The notes under the pieces: generated by a model | The model's database searches: none | What the model was told of the DNA's origin: nothing | The model's input: only the letters and a program-made list of their open reading frames with translations | Program-made: the position numbers and the translations under genes | Source: Candidatus Latescibacterota bacterium | Lineage (GTDB): Bacteria > Latescibacterota > UBA2968 > GCA-2709665 | NCBI GenBank assembly: GCA_963662665.2 | Contig: CAXXJS010000056.1 | Coordinates: forward strand, 1 to 39,432 | Direction: 5' to 3' | Length of the DNA stretch: 39,432 nucleotides | Shown: positions 36,387 to 39,432 of the stretch, one piece after another | Position numbering within the stretch: the stretch's first letter is position 1 | Layout of the letters: each line of letters opens with the position of its first letter

Positions 36387-38671
36387 TCAAGGCACGGCGG
36401 TGATTCGAAAATCATCGCCCGCACGGGTGCCCTGGAGTCCGTTCAGGTTGAATCTCGCGCTGCAAAGCCTGCCGGAGCCGAATGGCGTATAGTTGTAACA
36501 TCCGCCGCCGATGTTTCTGAATGACCCGCCGCTGACGGTACAGCTCTCGTTTGGCCGCACGACCAGCCCCACGCGACACGCGCCAAGGTTGGACGTGACG
36601 CCGCCACCGGCGCTGACGGTGACGTTGAGGCCTGAGGAACAGTTATTGTCGGTATTGCTCTCGCCGGTGACGCCGTCAACGCAGGCGCCGTAGTAGTAGG
36701 TCCCGGCATCCGACGGCGCATTCAGGCTGATCGACTCGGCGCTCGTGCCCCCCGCGGACAGGCTGTTCACGGCGTCCGTGCCCACTTCCACGTCATCCGT
36801 CGAGATCGTCGTGTTGGACGAACGGTAGTAGCGCAAGGTCGTGGCCGCTGCCGAAGCATTGCCTTGATTGCGAACCGTAGCGCTAAGCGTAAACGACTGC
36901 CCGGTCGTGAGCGTGTTGTCGTCCACCGACGGGGATTCAACGATCAGGTCCGGGTTACCCGACGGGGGCGTCGCTGTCCCACCGTCGACCTCTACTTTAA
37001 CGCCTCGGCGCTGAAGGATTGGAATGTGCGTGTTGCGGGATGTACTGCTCAAAGGGTTGTCTTTCAAATTGACGATGTCTCCATCGCCCAATCCCGCATT
37101 TGCCACCAATGGCGAAATATCGGAGATGCTGTTGTGCCATAGATACAGGTATAGTAGGTTGGTTAAGCTGGACAGCGCAGATATATCCGTGATGCTGTTT
37201 CTGCCAAGATACAGGTATTTTGAGTTGGTTAAGTTCGACAGTGAAGAAATGTTTGAAATGCTGTTGGACCAAAGACTCAGTCGTTCCAAGTTGACCAGGT
37301 TGGACAGTGCCGAGATGTCCGAGATGTTATTCCCATCAAGACCCAGAGATTCCAGATTGGTCAAGTTGGACAGTGAAGAGATATCCGAGATGTTATTCCC
37401 ATCAAGACCCATCGTTTTCAAGTTGGTCAAGTTGGACAGTGAAGAGATATCCGAGATATGGTTTCTGTAGAGACTCAAGTGCGTCATGTTGGTCAAGTTG
37501 GAGAGCGCGGAAATATCCGAGATATTGTTGTCGCCAAGATATAGAACAGTCAGGTTGGTCAAGTTGGAGAGGGGCGAGAGGTCGGATATATCGTTGCTGT
37601 TGACCCACTTTCCATTTACTTCCGCCTGATCAAGTTCCAGCCATCCCAAATTGACCGCATGCTCAAGTCCTGTTAGATTGCGAATACCCTTGTTGGAAGC
37701 GTCAAAACCTGTCAAGGTCGCCATCTCGGCACGGGTAATCGGCGCATTACCCGCCTTGCCCAGGCTATCTGAGATCACCGCACGCAAATTGGCGTCCGCA
37801 ATGGTCACGGTCTCTCCTGTGTCGGAAGGCGTCCCGGCGCCGCCGGGGGGCGGAACCTGACTGCCGAACGCCGCCGGCAAAGATGAGAAAATCCGAAAAG
37901 GCAACGGACCCATCGGCATCCAGATCGAACCGCGCTTCATATCGCGCGTCGCCCGGGCTTGACCCAAAACTGCCCGCGAACGCAAGGAAGTCTGAAAACC
38001 CGACAGTCCCGTCGCCGTCGAAGTCGGGAGACGGCGCGGAGTTGAACGAGGTCTCACGGCTTGTCCTGAGCACGTCGCTGGACACCGAACTTTCGGCAAG
38101 GGTGGCAGATTCGATGCCGATGGCAAACTCCCGACCAGAGACATCCGCGACCGTCTCAAACTCCGCACGCGCCAGAAATCCGGAAGACGCCAATGTCACC
38201 GGCGACGTGGCGGCCAGGTTGACGCCGACGGACCCTTCAGGGACCGAAAGTGCAAACGCGCTGTTTTCGGCTTTGACGTAAGTCAGGAGTGAAGGATCAA
38301 AATCAAACTTCAGGCTCACGCCCCTCAGCGACGTCCTCACGCCCGTTGCAAAAACCTCAATGGCAATGGTCGTACCCCGGCCGGACACCGTGCCCGTGGT
38401 GACGCCGTCGTCTCTTCCATTGCCCACCCCGCCATCGGTGATCAGGTCGATAGACAAGACCGCATTCGCATTGTTACCCAGGGCGACTTTCGCGCCGTGT
38501 TCCGACAACGTACCCTTGATCCGGTCGCCATCGTCTCCGGTAACCAGTTCGCCGCCGGCAATCAGGTCAAGAGACGAAACTGCGTCTTCGCTGGACGCGA
38601 CGAGAACTGCACCTGTTAACGCGAAGAGGCCAAAAACCCGCAGTCAACAGCAGGCGAAATACAGGTTTCAT
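36387..38671 (-). pseudogene. Adaptor gene (cohesin-like, class-A dockerin, internalin LRR, CARDB, Cys-rich tail) split by two +1 frameshifts, either real or sequencing errors
   Basis: GGGAGG RBS and ATG at 38671. Removing one base at GGGTTTTT (about 38632-38639) restores the signal peptide MKPVFRLLLTAGFGLFALTGAVLVA. Removing one base at gccggcggcgttc (about 37866-37878) joins ORFs 37765..38508 and 36387..38168. The repaired protein is 760 aa. Confidence 0.8.
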
Positions 38672-38824
38672 AGCAAATCCTCCCTTTTGTCCATTTCGAT
38701 AATTGGCCTGTGGCGTGGTTGGCGACTGGAACACACCACTCGTCGCTACAAAATGGACAGGCGACGGCTGTACCCCTCAACGCGTCCCCGCACAGCAGCC
38801 GGATGGCGGCGTTCGCTGCGGAAT

Positions 38825-39432
38825 CTACTTTAACAATAGCATCCTCTTCGTTGCTGAAAAACCGCCTGCCCGTATCCGATAAAGGTAGATACCGCTTGCG
38901 ACACGGCGGCCCAGCGCGTCCGTCCCGTCCCACGTTGCCGAAAACGCCCCCGCGTTCCTCGGTTCATTCACAAGCACGCGCACCTGCTGGCCGAGAAGAT
39001 TGTATATCGCCAGGCGGACCAATCCCGCCTCGGACAACTGATAGCCGATCACCGTAGACGGGTTGAACGGGTTGGGCATGTTCTGGTCCAGATTGAAGCG
39101 ATCCGGCAGCGGCTTCAGATCGCCGATTTCAGCGTGGTGGAGCACGTCGACGGCGCCATCGAGGCCGACCAGCACGCTTTCCGATACCTGAAAGTCGGAC
39201 GGCACGGGTGTTCCGCTAGTCCTGAACACAAGCTCGACGAGTTTCCCGCCGCCGCTGGCGCCCAGGCCGTCGATCTTCACCGCGCCGATATCAACCTGCC
39301 CCGGGGTCCGGTTCGAAGACAAGAACAGCGTCTCCTGCCCCGAACCGGACTTCAGCAGATTCCCGTCCAGTTCCGTGGCATTCACGAACTCGTACTTCAC
39401 GGGATCGAACTGCAGGGATAGACCGTATCCCT
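38825..39432 (-). CDS. Second anchor protein: cohesin + FlgD-Ig/T9SS-like C-terminal domain (5' end outside the window)
   Basis: Near-identical to 28734..29543. The frame stays open to the edge (GYGLSLQFDPVKYEFV…), so the ORF-track 'start' at 39400 is an internal GTG. Confidence 0.9.
   Translation of the reverse strand, partial: GYGLSLQFDPVKYEFVNATELDGNLLKSGSGQETLFLSSNRTPGQVDIGAVKIDGLGASGGGKLVELVFRTSGTPVPSDFQVSESVLVGLDGAVDVLHHAEIGDLKPLPDRFNLDQNMPNPFNPSTVIGYQLSEAGLVRLAIYNLLGQQVRVLVNEPRNAGAFSATWDGTDALGRRVASGIYLYRIRAGGFSATKRMLLLK

Noticed and set aside
38632-38639. G_GGT_TTT as a programmed -1 ribosomal frameshift site
   Set aside because: The -1 frame meets a stop within a few codons; restoring the gene needs a +1 shift.
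2813-38671. Canonical cellulosome
   Set aside because: No glycoside hydrolase, CBM, SLH or sortase motif is recognisable on any cohesin or dockerin protein in the window.
292-38833. Many long plus-strand ORFs (e.g. 292..1251, 5001..5909, 10074..11582, 20998..22251)
   Set aside because: They are antisense shadows of GC-rich repetitive minus-strand genes and show no coherent protein motifs. The transposase is the only supported plus-strand gene.

Overview
Almost all real genes in this 39.4-kb, GC-rich window lie on the minus strand; the large plus-strand ORFs are antisense shadows. The region is an array of secreted modular proteins from a diderm bacterium. The repertoire resembles Latescibacterota/Gemmatimonadota/Poribacteria-type animal (sponge) symbionts, which is an inference. 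The main feature is a cohesin-dockerin assembly system with no recognisable carbohydrate-active enzymes, with three kinds of protein. (i) Two near-identical small 'anchor' proteins (cohesin + FlgD-Ig/T9SS-type C-terminal sorting domain) each head a gene run. (ii) Three 'adaptor' proteins carry a different cohesin-like domain followed directly by an internal class-A dockerin. (iii) 'Cargo' proteins carry WD40, YWTD, LRR, GLUG, cadherin, FN3, a 5-fold GIWSDG propeller or Zn-metalloprotease domains, mostly ending in a distinct C-terminal class-B dockerin. In total there are 10 dockerin-like and 6 cohesin-like modules. Also present: a tandem-duplicated outer-membrane beta-barrel, a four-lipoprotein cluster (BamE/SmpA-like plus three paralogues), an AraC regulator, an IS1380-family element with a TTAA target duplication, nested REP-like repeats, a stand-alone degenerate dockerin, a WD40 gene remnant and an adaptor gene with two +1 frameshifts. 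All domain calls are by eye from motifs; no database search was run.
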